A stretch of DNA of 40,606 nucleotides from the UHGV virus genome UHGV-0346325; one strand, written 5' to 3'. This document shows, one piece after another, positions 1 through 9,854 of this stretch (positions are counted from its first letter, which is position 1; each line of letters starts with the position of its first letter). Under the pieces are notes generated by a model. It was not told the DNA's origin, ran no database searches, and saw only the letters and a list, made by a program, of their open reading frames with translations. The position numbers were made by a program, and so were the translations under genes. The stretch comes from a virus.

Positions 1-35
1 TCGTAGTGTCATGAGTTCGAGTCTCGTTATTCCAG
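1..35 (+). tRNA. tRNA-Asn (anticodon GTT), 3' portion (cloverleaf positions 39-73)
   Basis: Manual folding gives anticodon-stem 3' strand TCGTA, T-arm ATGAG/TTCGAGT/CTCGT, acceptor 3' strand TATTCCA and discriminator G. It joins with 40569-40606 to give a perfect 73-nt cloverleaf. No CCA is encoded. Confidence 0.7.
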
Positions 36-130
36 TAAGTAGCTATGCTACTTAAATAAAAAAATCGTCAATAAGTCAAATGTAACTACCTTTACGATCA
101 GATGACGGTTAAGATTTTCCCTCCTATCTG

Positions 131-164
131 AGACTACACAAAAAGTGTAGTCTTCCTTTTATTT
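131..164 (+). terminator. Rho-independent terminator downstream of the tRNA
   Basis: 9-bp perfect stem agactacac/gtgtagtct with loop aaaaa, followed by tccttttattt. Confidence 0.7.
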
Positions 165-202
165 AATAAAATTGATATTATGAATGTAAAAGGAGGTTTA
201 TT

Positions 203-652
203 ATGGAGACTAACAATACATTTTCGAATCTATTAAAAAATTTCGACTATCCTAGAATCGAACCATCTATGAAATATGCGGAAAAACTAGAAACTGGTAG
301 TAATTGGCTTGGAGACATTAATAGAGAAAAGAAGCAGCTACAAGAACTGCAGAAGTTAGCAAATGAATCTACATTAAAAAGTGAAGAACTTTTAAAACAG
401 ATTGCTGAAAATACATCTTATATTAAAGACTTAGTCATGATAAATAGAGAAACTCAATTAAATACAGAAGAATTAACTTACGTTATGAAATCAATTTACA
501 AAGTTTCTAAGGCTGAGAATAAGCAAGAGGCTGATAGTTTGTTTTCTCAAGCAATTCAAGTCATAAATGATTCTGGAGAAGCTGCTGGAAATATATCTAA
601 TTTAACTTCTTTATTGCTTGGCATATATACATTTGTTTCTACAATAATATAA
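203..652 (+). CDS. hypothetical protein, 149 aa, coiled-coil-rich (moron)
   Basis: ORF with RBS AAAGGAGG 7 nt upstream of the start codon. It is bracketed by terminators at 131-164 and 656-683. Confidence 0.5.
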   Translation: METNNTFSNLLKNFDYPRIEPSMKYAEKLETGSNWLGDINREKKQLQELQKLANESTLKSEELLKQIAENTSYIKDLVMINRETQLNTEELTYVMKSIYKVSKAENKQEADSLFSQAIQVINDSGEAAGNISNLTSLLLGIYTFVSTII

Positions 653-655
653 CTT

Positions 656-683
656 GGACCTCAAATTATGAGGTCTTTTTTTA
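656..683 (+). terminator. Rho-independent terminator
   Basis: Stem gacctca/tgaggtc with loop aatta, followed by ttttttt. Confidence 0.75.
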
Positions 684-839
684 TACATAAGTAAAGGAGT
701 AAACTAATGCATATTGAAAAAATGAAATTATTAGATTTGAAAATATTGATCGAAGCTGATCTTATGTTGAAAGATATTGATAACTAACTAATATTAGAGT
801 ATCTTTAAATTAATAATAAGTGTATAGGAGTGATTACTA

Positions 840-1208
840 GTGGGATATTCGGATCTTAAAGAGTTGTTTAATGATGCTAAGAATCTTGCAACTGGAGCAA
901 ATGACTTACAACTGAAATCAGTGCTATTGGATATTCAAGATGCAGTATATAATTTGCAAGAAGAAAATAAGGATTTGAGAAATAAAATACATGAATTAGA
1001 AAATAATAATAATTTAGAAGCTGAGCTTGAATACAGAAATGGTGTATACACTAAAGGAAATGATGTTTTTTGTGCGGTGTGCTGGGATTCTTCTAAAAAA
1101 CTAGTACGAGCACGAAAAGTAAAGGAAGATGATTCTTCAAAAACAACAGTTTTTATATGTGACCTATGCAACAAATGGAGATTTTCTGACATTCCATGGG
1201 AAAAATAG
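840..1208 (+). CDS. hypothetical protein, 122 aa: N-terminal coiled coil plus C-terminal CxxC...CxxC zinc ribbon
   Basis: ORF. Cys pairs CAVC and CDLC near the C-terminus. Confidence 0.45.
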   Translation: MGYSDLKELFNDAKNLATGANDLQLKSVLLDIQDAVYNLQEENKDLRNKIHELENNNNLEAELEYRNGVYTKGNDVFCAVCWDSSKKLVRARKVKEDDSSKTTVFICDLCNKWRFSDIPWEK

Positions 1209-1254
1209 CAAAAACGAAACTCAACTTAAAAAGATTGTGAGGTGGTGTTAATGG

Positions 1255-2058
1255 ATGGCTAGAAAAAGAGATCCACGTCGTGACCAGGCTAAAGAAATTT
1301 GGTTAAAGTCAAATGGCAAAAAGGTTCTTAAAGAATTAGCTAATGAACTAAATGTTTCAGATTCCCAAATAAGAAAATGGAAATCGATAGATAAATGGGC
1401 TGATGAATTAAAAGGTAATGTTACCAATTCAAAAAGTAACGTTACCAACAAAGGTGGAGCGCCGCCTGGGAACAAAAATGCTATAGGTAACAAAGGCAAC
1501 AAGAACGCATCTCCACCAAAACAAAATAAAAACGCTGTGAAGACTGGTGAATTTGAAACTATATTCGCTGACTTGCTATCAGACGAAGAAAAGGACATCT
1601 ATTCTACTATGAATGATGATCCTTTTTTTGTTTTGGAGGAAGAAATAAGAATCCTGAAAATTCGTCAATACAGAATGCTTAAACGCATCAAAGATGCAGA
1701 GGCTGGCTTAAACGATGAAGAAGTTGAACGTTTGCAACAGCTTCGGAAAGTTAAAGAGCCATCGGTAATTGATGGGAAAATGGTTACTGTTAAGAGAGAA
1801 GTTTTAAAAGATGTACAAGTCACTCGTAAAACATTTAGAAAACTAGATGACATTTTGGCTATTGAGGAAGCATTGACAAGAATTAGCAATCAGTTAACAA
1901 AGGCTATTAAGCAACAGAGTGCTTTGTTAGCAAGTGATGCTAAATTACTACTATTGAAGGTTCAAGCTGAAAAAGTTAAAGCTAGTTTAGATGCTACAAA
2001 TGGAGACATGGATATGCCAGTTTTTATTGATGATATATCAGGTGATGAATATGAGTAA
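1255..2058 (+). CDS. terS: terminase small subunit
   Basis: N-terminal HTH-like segment (KVLKELANELNVSDSQIRKW). It sits immediately upstream of the terminase large subunit gene and overlaps its start by ATGA. RBS GAGGTGGTG. Confidence 0.6.
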   Translation: MARKRDPRRDQAKEIWLKSNGKKVLKELANELNVSDSQIRKWKSIDKWADELKGNVTNSKSNVTNKGGAPPGNKNAIGNKGNKNASPPKQNKNAVKTGEFETIFADLLSDEEKDIYSTMNDDPFFVLEEEIRILKIRQYRMLKRIKDAEAGLNDEEVERLQQLRKVKEPSVIDGKMVTVKREVLKDVQVTRKTFRKLDDILAIEEALTRISNQLTKAIKQQSALLASDAKLLLLKVQAEKVKASLDATNGDMDMPVFIDDISGDEYE

Positions 2059-3349
2059 AAAATTATCTGAATTTCTTCCTAAAGCATTTCATACTACTTG
2101 GAGGGTAGCATTAAACTCAAATATATTACATGTTGTTGAAAAAGGTGGCCGTGGGTCAGGTAAATCATCTGGCATAGCACACATAATCGTTCAATTGATT
2201 ATGAGATATCCTGTAAATGCTGTGGCCATTAGATATGTTGATAATACGATTGAGCTATCTATTTTTGAACAGATTAAGTGGGCTATTGAAGAACAAGGTG
2301 TGTCTAAGTATTTTAAAGTAAATAAAAGTCCAATGAAAATCACTTATAAGCCTAGGGGTAATTATATTGTTTTTCGTGGCGCACAGAACCCAGAAAGGAT
2401 TAAGTCCTTAAAGGATTCAAGATTTCCATTTGCTATAGCTTGGATTGAGGAGTTAGCCGAGTTTAAAACAGAAGATGATGTAAAAACCATTACCAATTCA
2501 CTTTTACGTGGTGAATTAGCAGATGGTCTTTTTTATAAATTCTTTTATTCGTACAATCCTCCTAAGCGACGACAATCATGGGTTAATAAGAAATATGAAT
2601 CTAGCTTCCAACCTGAGAATACTTTCGTTCATCATTCAACATATAAGGATAATCCATTCATAGCTCAAGCATTTATTGAAGAAGTTAATGCCACGAGAGC
2701 TAAGAATCCGAAACGTGCTGAGTGGGAGTATGACGGCAAAGCTATTGGTTCAGGAGTTGTTCCGTTTGATAATTTACGAGTAATAAAAGGTTGTATTACA
2801 GATGAGATGGTAGCTAACTTCGATAATATCAGAAACGGTCTTGACTTCGGTTATGCTACTGATCCATTAGCATTTGTTAGATGGCATTATGATAAAAAGA
2901 AAAATGGAATCTATGCTATTGATGAGATATACGGTGTGAAAATTAGTAATAGGGAATTAGCTAAAAAACTACATGAAAAGGGCTATCAAAATGATGAAAT
3001 TTTTTCTGATTCTGCTGAGCCAAAAAGTAATGCAGAGTTAGTAAATGAGCATGGTATCAATCATATAAAAGGTGTTAAAAAAGGCCCAGATTCGGTTGAA
3101 TATGGTGAACAATGGCTAGATGACTTAGATTTTATTTGTATCGATCCATTGAGGACTCCAAATATAGCTAAGGAATTTGAAAACATTGATTATCAGACTG
3201 ATAGAGATGGTAATCCTAAACCGAGACTAGAAGATAAAGACAATCATACTATTGATGCCACACGTTACGGATTTAATGAAGACATGTGGGCGAAGAAAAA
3301 AACTAAAATTAGTAAAAATCAAAGAAACAAAATAAAAAGAATGTTTTAA
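2051..3349 (+). CDS. terL: terminase large subunit (ATPase/nuclease)
   Basis: Walker A GGRGSGKS. Typical size and position. The start at 2051 (MSKKL) overlaps the terS stop, so the in-frame upstream Met at 1991 is unlikely. Confidence 0.85.
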   Translation: MSKKLSEFLPKAFHTTWRVALNSNILHVVEKGGRGSGKSSGIAHIIVQLIMRYPVNAVAIRYVDNTIELSIFEQIKWAIEEQGVSKYFKVNKSPMKITYKPRGNYIVFRGAQNPERIKSLKDSRFPFAIAWIEELAEFKTEDDVKTITNSLLRGELADGLFYKFFYSYNPPKRRQSWVNKKYESSFQPENTFVHHSTYKDNPFIAQAFIEEVNATRAKNPKRAEWEYDGKAIGSGVVPFDNLRVIKGCITDEMVANFDNIRNGLDFGYATDPLAFVRWHYDKKKNGIYAIDEIYGVKISNRELAKKLHEKGYQNDEIFSDSAEPKSNAELVNEHGINHIKGVKKGPDSVEYGEQWLDDLDFICIDPLRTPNIAKEFENIDYQTDRDGNPKPRLEDKDNHTIDATRYGFNEDMWAKKKTKISKNQRNKIKRMF

Positions 3350-3366
3350 AAAAAGGAGTGTGAAGT

Positions 3367-4905
3367 ATGGAAACTGAAGAAATCCTAAAAGTTAATGAAT
3401 TTGAACATGGATCGGACATCAGCTATTCAAGTGATGTGAATGAAAATTTTGTTAGCTTTGGCGTAGAATCAAATATTCACTATAGATATAGTTCTGCAGA
3501 AGAATTGTTGGGTAATACTGATGTTTTAGCCAAAATGATTGCACACCATAATGAACACCAAGTTCCACGTCTACAGGTTTTGGATGATTATTATAAAGCA
3601 AAGAATACAAACATCATCAAAAATCGTCGCCGTAAGGAAAAAGAAAAAGCAGACCATAGAGCTGCTCATAATTTTGGAAAAGTTCTTGCAACGTTTGATG
3701 TTGGATACAATACAGGCAATCCATTAAAAGTCCAAATTAATAATAAAGCTAGTCAAGAGACCATTGATAATTTCAATCAAGATAATGACATTGACGGATT
3801 GAATGGAGAATTGTGGTTAGATATGGATAAATACGGCCGAGCTTATGAAATCATATATCGAGATGAAGATGACGTTGACTATGTTGATCTATGCAATGTT
3901 TTTGAAACGTTTGTTGTTTATGATACAACGGTCAAGCGTAGACCAATACTTGCTGTTCGTTATCCTAAAACTAAATTTACTATAGATGCAGACAAACAGT
4001 ATATTCAACCGATAATTTACACAAAAGACAAAATCATTACTTACGCTGAAACGACTCTTGCTACGATTAAACTAAGTGATCCAAAAGAGGATTCTCATGA
4101 TTATAAAGAAGTTCAGATAACTGAGTTCTCTCCTAATCGTTTTAGAATGGGATTGTATGAAGATATTTTATCTCAAATCGATTTGTATGATGCTGGACAG
4201 TCTGACACTGCTAATTACATGACGGATTTAAACGATGCGCTGTTAGTGATTAGTGGAGACATCGAAGCAGCGGGTCTATCAACCGAAGATGCTATTAAGC
4301 AAAAAGAAGCGAACATGCTTTTACTTGAATCTGGCACAGATATCAACGGTAACAAGACCTCAGTGAATGCTAGCTACATCTATAAACAATACGATGTAAA
4401 CGGCGTTGAAGCTTACAAAGAACGAGTGAGAAAAGGGATACATGAAATATCTATGATTCCAGATTTAACAGATACAAATTTTTCTGGTGTTCAATCAGGA
4501 GAAGCAATGAAGTATAAAATGTTTGGTTTCAATCAAATGACGGCAGTAAAGCAAAGACTATTTAAAAAAAGTCTTGTGCGGCGCTATCGTCTTTTATTTA
4601 ATCTGAAATCAAGTGTTTCTGAGATTGATAACTCCGATTTAAAAGGATTGCGAATTATCTTTACTCCTAATCTTCCGAAAGCAATTCTAGAAGAATTAAA
4701 AACATTGATTGAATCTGGAGCAGAGTTAAGCCAAGAAACAATTTTAGGTCTAGCTTCGTTTGTTGATGATGTTCAAGCTGAATTAGAACGTGTAAAAAAT
4801 GAAAATAAACCATTAGATATTACTGATGAAGAAGTAGACAAAACGAAAGTAAATCAGGCAAAATTTTTAGCTAAACAATCGGAAAAGGAAGCCGAGGAGG
4901 AATGA
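3367..4905 (+). CDS. portal protein (SPP1 gp6-like)
   Basis: 512 aa, immediately after terL, with the acidic C-terminus typical of portal proteins. Confidence 0.75.
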   Translation: METEEILKVNEFEHGSDISYSSDVNENFVSFGVESNIHYRYSSAEELLGNTDVLAKMIAHHNEHQVPRLQVLDDYYKAKNTNIIKNRRRKEKEKADHRAAHNFGKVLATFDVGYNTGNPLKVQINNKASQETIDNFNQDNDIDGLNGELWLDMDKYGRAYEIIYRDEDDVDYVDLCNVFETFVVYDTTVKRRPILAVRYPKTKFTIDADKQYIQPIIYTKDKIITYAETTLATIKLSDPKEDSHDYKEVQITEFSPNRFRMGLYEDILSQIDLYDAGQSDTANYMTDLNDALLVISGDIEAAGLSTEDAIKQKEANMLLLESGTDINGNKTSVNASYIYKQYDVNGVEAYKERVRKGIHEISMIPDLTDTNFSGVQSGEAMKYKMFGFNQMTAVKQRLFKKSLVRRYRLLFNLKSSVSEIDNSDLKGLRIIFTPNLPKAILEELKTLIESGAELSQETILGLASFVDDVQAELERVKNENKPLDITDEEVDKTKVNQAKFLAKQSEKEAEEE

Positions 4906-4909
4906 TTGA

Positions 4910-5848
4910 ATGTCCTACTTGAAAAATCGTGAAGAATCTTGGATCAAAGAACAGATGAAGCTAGATCGCAATAGAGAAAAAGAAATTGTTCAACAGCTTC
5001 AAAATGCTATTGATGCGATTCAAACCGAAATTGAAGCTAACTGGGATAGATTTTCCAATGGTCAAAAGATTACGATTAGCGAAGCAAGAAAAATGGCTAA
5101 CAAGATGGACGTACAACGATTCGAAAGAAAAGCGAAGGAATATGTAAAAAATAAAGACTTTAGTCCACAGGCCAATAAAGAATTGAAAATCTATAACTTA
5201 GTAATGCGAGTGTCTAGATTAGAGCTATTAAAGTCTCAGATTGGTTTAGAATTAATCACGTTATTTGATGAGCTAGATAAGTGGGGATATTCTAAGTTAA
5301 CTGAAGCCGCAAAAGATGAATATTTAAGACAGGCGGGAATACTAGGCGAAACCGTTAAAGAAAATTATTCGTCTAAGGTTAGAAAAATTGTTAATGCCTC
5401 ATTCAAATCAAGTGACTTCCCTTCGTTTAGTGATAACATTTGGCAAAATTTTGTTGAAATGAAAGCTGATTTAGAAAAAATAATCACTCAGGCAATTATT
5501 CAAGGTAAAAATCCAAGGGCCGTAGCAAAAGAGATGGCTAAATTTTTAAAGCCTAACCAATTAAATATAAGATACAAGCTAAATAGGTTAATGATGACTG
5601 AAATATCTGGTATTCAAACAGATATTCAAAAGCAAAGTTACTTAGATGCAGATATCGAAGAATATGATTACATTGCAGAACCATTTGCCTGTGAAATATG
5701 TAAAAAAGTAGCTAAGGCTAGTCCTTATAAAGTATTAAAGATGCAAAAAGGCATTAATGCTCCATACATGCATCCCCATTGCAAATGCTCTACTGTCCCT
5801 AAAGTTAGTGAAGATTATGAAAAGTCGCTGAAAGAAAGAGGTTTGTAA
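4910..5848 (+). CDS. minor head / head morphogenesis protein (SPP1 gp7 / Mu F-like)
   Basis: Position after the portal gene and size of 312 aa. C-terminal Cys/His cluster (CEIC...HPHCKC). Confidence 0.55.
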   Translation: MSYLKNREESWIKEQMKLDRNREKEIVQQLQNAIDAIQTEIEANWDRFSNGQKITISEARKMANKMDVQRFERKAKEYVKNKDFSPQANKELKIYNLVMRVSRLELLKSQIGLELITLFDELDKWGYSKLTEAAKDEYLRQAGILGETVKENYSSKVRKIVNASFKSSDFPSFSDNIWQNFVEMKADLEKIITQAIIQGKNPRAVAKEMAKFLKPNQLNIRYKLNRLMMTEISGIQTDIQKQSYLDADIEEYDYIAEPFACEICKKVAKASPYKVLKMQKGINAPYMHPHCKCSTVPKVSEDYEKSLKERGL

Positions 5849-6118
5849 ATGGATAATCTATATAAATGCAATCAATGCAATGAATACACTCCGTTAGTTA
5901 GAAAATCTAAAAATATCACGAAGGATATTGAACACCATTATGCTGAATGTGCAAATTGTGGATATAAAGCGACAATTATGTATATGAATACCGAAATCAA
6001 GTTATTAATGTATGAACAAAGAAAAACAAAATTTGGTACAAAAAAGAAAGGTAATTTGACAGAAAAGCTAAACAGATTAATTTCTGAATTAAGAAAAGAA
6101 GTCGAGGGATCAAGTTGA
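5849..6118 (+). CDS. small zinc-ribbon protein, 89 aa
   Basis: CNQC...CANC motif. Translationally coupled to the preceding gene. Confidence 0.45.
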   Translation: MDNLYKCNQCNEYTPLVRKSKNITKDIEHHYAECANCGYKATIMYMNTEIKLLMYEQRKTKFGTKKKGNLTEKLNRLISELRKEVEGSS

Positions 6119-6336
6119 AAAGTTATTCTTTAGTTTATTGGTCAGGTGTTGACGATGAAACTGGTGCGTTTAAGCAAATAGATTGTCTCATTAATGATGA
6201 AACAGTTCAGAAATTGCTTGAAGGTAAACCTAAATTTATCTCAATTATTATTGATGATGGTGAACAAATGTTAATTCAAACGGATAATATCAATCAGATA
6301 AAACAAGTTTATGAAAAATACGGCAGAAAGGCGTGA
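6115..6336 (+). CDS. hypothetical protein, 73 aa
   Basis: ORF overlapping the previous stop (ATGA-type coupling). Confidence 0.4.
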   Translation: MKSYSLVYWSGVDDETGAFKQIDCLINDETVQKLLEGKPKFISIIIDDGEQMLIQTDNINQIKQVYEKYGRKA

Positions 6337-6407
6337 TTCTATGAATGACGATCCTTACGATTACTTAGATGCTGATTATGAAGAATATTTAAGAAAGGAA
6401 GAAGTAA

Positions 6408-6686
6408 ATGAAAGCACGAAAGAAACCAGTAGCGATTGAAACTGTAATTTTTTTAGGTTTTTATGGGAAGGATCGCAATTTCAGTGAAAGACCTAAGTGG
6501 CTGGAGAGAGCAATCTATGTTGATAAAAAAATTGAATTTTTTGATGTTCCTGAAAAATTAACTATCCATACTATTGAAGGACCAATTTATGCAGGTCCTG
6601 GTGATTACATCATAAAAGGCGTTAATGGCGAACTTTATCCGTGCAAGCCGGACATATTTGAAAAAACTTATGAGATTATTGAGTAG
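6408..6686 (+). CDS. hypothetical protein, 92 aa
   Basis: ORF with RBS GGAAGAAG, followed by a terminator. Confidence 0.45.
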   Translation: MKARKKPVAIETVIFLGFYGKDRNFSERPKWLERAIYVDKKIEFFDVPEKLTIHTIEGPIYAGPGDYIIKGVNGELYPCKPDIFEKTYEIIE

Positions 6687-6712
6687 AGTCTAACAAACGT
6701 TAGGCTTTTTAT
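6687..6712 (+). terminator. Rho-independent terminator
   Basis: Stem agtctaac/gttaggct (one G·U pair) with loop aaac, followed by ttttt. Confidence 0.55.
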
Positions 6713-6815
6713 ATTGCCTTCTTACTGCTTACAGGCATTAAAGAGAAAGCTGTTTCGATTGGTAGGCGTAACTTATCAAATATATCGGGTAGCGGCGTAA
6801 CCGTGGAGGATAATC

Positions 6816-7415
6816 ATGAAAACAAAAAAACTATTATTGCCAATGCATTTACAATTCTTTGCTGATAATCCAGATACTGGCACTGGAGATACAGACCAAC
6901 CGGCCGGAGGTCAAGAACAAACGCCACCAGAAGATGATAGTAAAGATAAAGGCAATGGAAAAACGTTTTCTCGTGATGAAGTAGCAAAAATGATTGCTGC
7001 TGAAGTATCAAAAACAAAAGAAGCTTGGGAAAAAGAGCAACAAGAAAAACAAGCAGAAGCAGAAAAACTGGCAAAAATGAATGCTCAGGAAAAAGCTGAA
7101 CATGAAAAGAAACAGCTAGAAGCAAAAATTGCGGAATTGGAACGTAGTCAAGCATTAGTTTCCATGTCAAAGGAAGCTTCTAAAATGCTTTCAGAGGCTA
7201 GTTTGCCGCATGACGATGATTTGCTAGGATTGATTGTTTCAGATGATGCGGAAGCTACAAAAAAAGCTGTCGCTATTGTTACGAACTATGTATCAATGAT
7301 TAAGAAAGAAAATGCTCGCCAAAAAACACCAGGTGAGGGCGGACAATTTTCAACTGATAAAAAAGAAACCGAATCAGTTGCAGCTCTTGCAGCAAGTAAA
7401 CGAATTGTAAAATAG
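6816..7415 (+). CDS. capsid scaffolding protein
   Basis: Glu/Lys-rich coiled-coil protein of 199 aa immediately upstream of the major capsid gene. Confidence 0.6.
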   Translation: MKTKKLLLPMHLQFFADNPDTGTGDTDQPAGGQEQTPPEDDSKDKGNGKTFSRDEVAKMIAAEVSKTKEAWEKEQQEKQAEAEKLAKMNAQEKAEHEKKQLEAKIAELERSQALVSMSKEASKMLSEASLPHDDDLLGLIVSDDAEATKKAVAIVTNYVSMIKKENARQKTPGEGGQFSTDKKETESVAALAASKRIVK

Positions 7416-7427
7416 GAGGAAATATAA

Positions 7428-8360
7428 ATGAAGAAAAAACAATTAATGAAAATGGATATTCAAATGTTTGCTCAAACATGGAATCCAGACAACGTCACAG
7501 TATTAGAGAAAAAGGATGGAACAATTCCAGATAAGTACAACACTTTAATTTTAAAAGATGTGATGGAAAACTCTAAATTAATGCAGTTGGCTAAATATGA
7601 AGAAATGGACGGCAAAGAAAAGAAATTCGAATACTTTGCAGAAGGTCCTGGGGCGTACTGGGTTGGTGAAGGCGAAAAGATTAAAACGTCTAAACCTAAA
7701 TGGTTAAACGTAACGATGACTGCGAAAAAAATTGGTGTTATTATCCCAGTTTCTCGGGAATATTTAACTTATAAGATGTCTGATTTCTTTACTCAAATGC
7801 AACCAAAAATCGCAGAAGCATTTTATAAGAAAATTGATGCGGCTACTATCCTTGATAAAGAAAATCCATTCTCTCAATCTATTGAAAAATCTGTCATTGC
7901 AGCTAGTAATGTAATTGAGGGCGACTTGACATATGACAACATTTTAGCATTAGAGGATTTGCTTGGAGAAGGTGAATATGATCCGAATGCTTTCATTTCT
8001 AATCGTAAGAATCGTACAGTGTTACGTGAAGCAAGTAAAAAAATTGGTGACACGACTCAATTTATTTATGATCGTGTCAGCAATACTATTGATGGACTAC
8101 CTGTAGCAGATCTAAAATCTATGGATAAGGGAAACCTTTATACTGGTGATTTTGATTACTTGCGCTATGGTATCCCATTTAACATTAATTTCAAAATTTC
8201 AGAAGAAGCTCAATTATCTACTTTAACGAATGAAGACGGTACGCCTGTCAACTTGTACGAACAAGAATTGGTTGCTTTACGAGCTACAATGGATATTGGT
8301 TTCATGGTCATCAAAGATGAAGCGTTTGCTAAGATTCAACCAAATGCTGCGGGGGAGTAA
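7428..8360 (+). CDS. major capsid protein
   Basis: 310 aa, strong RBS AGGAGG, located between scaffold and connector genes. Confidence 0.65.
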   Translation: MKKKQLMKMDIQMFAQTWNPDNVTVLEKKDGTIPDKYNTLILKDVMENSKLMQLAKYEEMDGKEKKFEYFAEGPGAYWVGEGEKIKTSKPKWLNVTMTAKKIGVIIPVSREYLTYKMSDFFTQMQPKIAEAFYKKIDAATILDKENPFSQSIEKSVIAASNVIEGDLTYDNILALEDLLGEGEYDPNAFISNRKNRTVLREASKKIGDTTQFIYDRVSNTIDGLPVADLKSMDKGNLYTGDFDYLRYGIPFNINFKISEEAQLSTLTNEDGTPVNLYEQELVALRATMDIGFMVIKDEAFAKIQPNAAGE

Positions 8361-8422
8361 CTAGCCCTGTTGTCGGAAAAGTAACACCGACAACAAATGG
8401 GGCGACAATCGAACTAACTTAG
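8351..8422 (+). other. candidate -1 frame C-terminal extension of the major capsid protein (ends ...GGVTSPVVGKVTPTTNGATIELT*)
   Basis: The -1 frame is open from 8333 to a TAG at 8420-8422. A GGGGG run at 8351-8355 sits at the capsid stop codon. The peptide is homologous to the extension after the major tail gene. Confidence 0.3.
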
Positions 8423-8433
8423 GTGGTGTTTAG

Positions 8434-8766
8434 ATGTCAGAGATAGCAAATGATGTAAAAAAATTATTAAATGGCAGTCTTGATGAAAAATTAGAAATCA
8501 TTGAAAGACGTACAAAAGATCGGCTTCAAAATATATTGAATGTCATTGAGTTACCAAAAAGTTTTGATTCAGTTGTATATGAAGTCACTTTAAAACGATT
8601 TAATCGTATTGGCCAAGAAGGAATGCAATCTTATTCTCAAGAAGGTTTATCTATGGCATTTCCAGACTCTGATTTTTCTGAATATCAAGATGAGATTGAA
8701 GAGTATAAGAACAAGGAATTAGAAGAATTTTATAAGCCTAAACGTGGGAGGTTTACATTTTCATGA
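8434..8766 (+). CDS. head-tail connector protein (gp6/gp15-like)
   Basis: 110-aa ORF in the conserved head-tail joining block. Confidence 0.45.
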   Translation: MSEIANDVKKLLNGSLDEKLEIIERRTKDRLQNILNVIELPKSFDSVVYEVTLKRFNRIGQEGMQSYSQEGLSMAFPDSDFSEYQDEIEEYKNKELEEFYKPKRGRFTFS

Positions 8767-9098
8767 GATATTTAGATGAAATTACCTTTGTAAAAAAATC
8801 TTCAAAATCGCATTATGATCCAAATTCAGGTGAATGGATTGAAGAAGAACCGTTTATAAAAACTGCTGATGTCAATGTAACTGATATTGGGACAGATCGT
8901 TCCATTACTATTTTCGGGAGCATTAAAGAAGGGGCTAAGGTCATTAGGACACAGCCCCTTTTTGTTATTCAAGAATTTGATTACATTGAGTTTGAGGGTA
9001 AAACTTGGGAAGTTATTACAAGTAGAGTTCCTGCATTAAGAAATAGCTTGATTATTCAGGAAGTGATTATTGATGGCAAGAAATCAAGTAAGAATTAA
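8763..9098 (+). CDS. head closure / head-tail adaptor protein
   Basis: 111 aa, translationally coupled within the same block. Confidence 0.45.
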   Translation: MRYLDEITFVKKSSKSHYDPNSGEWIEEEPFIKTADVNVTDIGTDRSITIFGSIKEGAKVIRTQPLFVIQEFDYIEFEGKTWEVITSRVPALRNSLIIQEVIIDGKKSSKN

Positions 9099-9453
9099 TG
9101 GACTAGCTGGAATTTCTAAAAAACTAAAGAGAAATGCTCAGCTTGATGATGTGAAAAAAGTTGTTAGAAATAACACAGCAGAATTAACCGCCAATATGCA
9201 AGCTGAAGCCGGAAAAGTGTTAACTGGACACTGGGAAGGTAAAAAGTTTGTTAAACCTACTGGGGCAACAAAAAGAAGTATCGTTATGAGGCTTTCGAAC
9301 AATGGTTTTTCTGGGCATACAGGACCAGGAACGGAATACGCACCGTATTTAATACACGGAACAAGATTCATGGTGAAGCGTGATTTCTTTTTACCACCGC
9401 TGAAACAACAAAAAGTGAAATTTAGAACGGATTTGGAAAGGTTGATGAAATGA
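9070..9453 (+). CDS. HK97 gp10-like tail-component protein
   Basis: 127 aa. Family-like segment ...[17 protein letters not shown]... and conserved position. Confidence 0.55.
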   Translation: MMARNQVRINGLAGISKKLKRNAQLDDVKKVVRNNTAELTANMQAEAGKVLTGHWEGKKFVKPTGATKRSIVMRLSNNGFSGHTGPGTEYAPYLIHGTRFMVKRDFFLPPLKQQKVKFRTDLERLMK

Positions 9454-9839
9454 TTAAAACAAGAGATCAATCAATCTTCGATGAAGTGTATAAGAAGTGT
9501 CAATCACTGGGTTATGAAACCTACGATTATAAACCTATGAATGATGTAGGTTATCCATTTGTCGAATTAGAAGATACTCAGACACTGCACCAAGCTAACA
9601 AAACTGATATTAAAGGTTCGGTTACGTTGAATCTATCTGTATGGGGATTGTCAAAAAAACGTAAACAAATATCTGATATGGCTTCAGCAATTTTTGCTGA
9701 GGCTCTATCTATTTCTGAAACGGAAGGTTATTATTGGTCGCTCAATATCCAATCAAGCGGTATTCGGTTAGTAGATGACATTTCGACTAACACACCATTG
9801 AAGCGGGCAATGATATCTTTAGAATTCAAAATACTATAG
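9450..9839 (+). CDS. tail completion protein
   Basis: 129 aa, immediately upstream of the major tail gene. Confidence 0.45.
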   Translation: MIKTRDQSIFDEVYKKCQSLGYETYDYKPMNDVGYPFVELEDTQTLHQANKTDIKGSVTLNLSVWGLSKKRKQISDMASAIFAEALSISETEGYYWSLNIQSSGIRLVDDISTNTPLKRAMISLEFKIL

Positions 9840-9854
9840 AGAGAAGGAATATAA

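Noticed and set aside
707-787. 26-aa ORF with a good RBS (AAGGAG) between the two leftmost morons
   Set aside because: It is too short and of low complexity to support as a gene without comparative or expression evidence.
3539-3727. 62-aa plus-strand ORF in an alternative frame inside the portal gene
   Set aside because: It is entirely embedded in the portal CDS and has no RBS. It is an overlapping-frame artefact.
6341-6442. 33-aa acidic ORF (MNDDPYDYLDADYEEYLRKEEVNESTKETSSD) overlapping the start of 6408-6686
   Set aside because: It has a weak RBS and overlaps a better-supported gene start, so it was not listed as a feature.
8351-8357. Canonical X_XXY_YYZ heptamer for the capsid frameshift
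   Set aside because: The capsid 3' end (GCG GGG GAG TAA) offers only a G-run for P-site slippage, not a canonical heptamer. The capsid frameshift is therefore kept at lower confidence than the tail one and rests mainly on extension-peptide homology.
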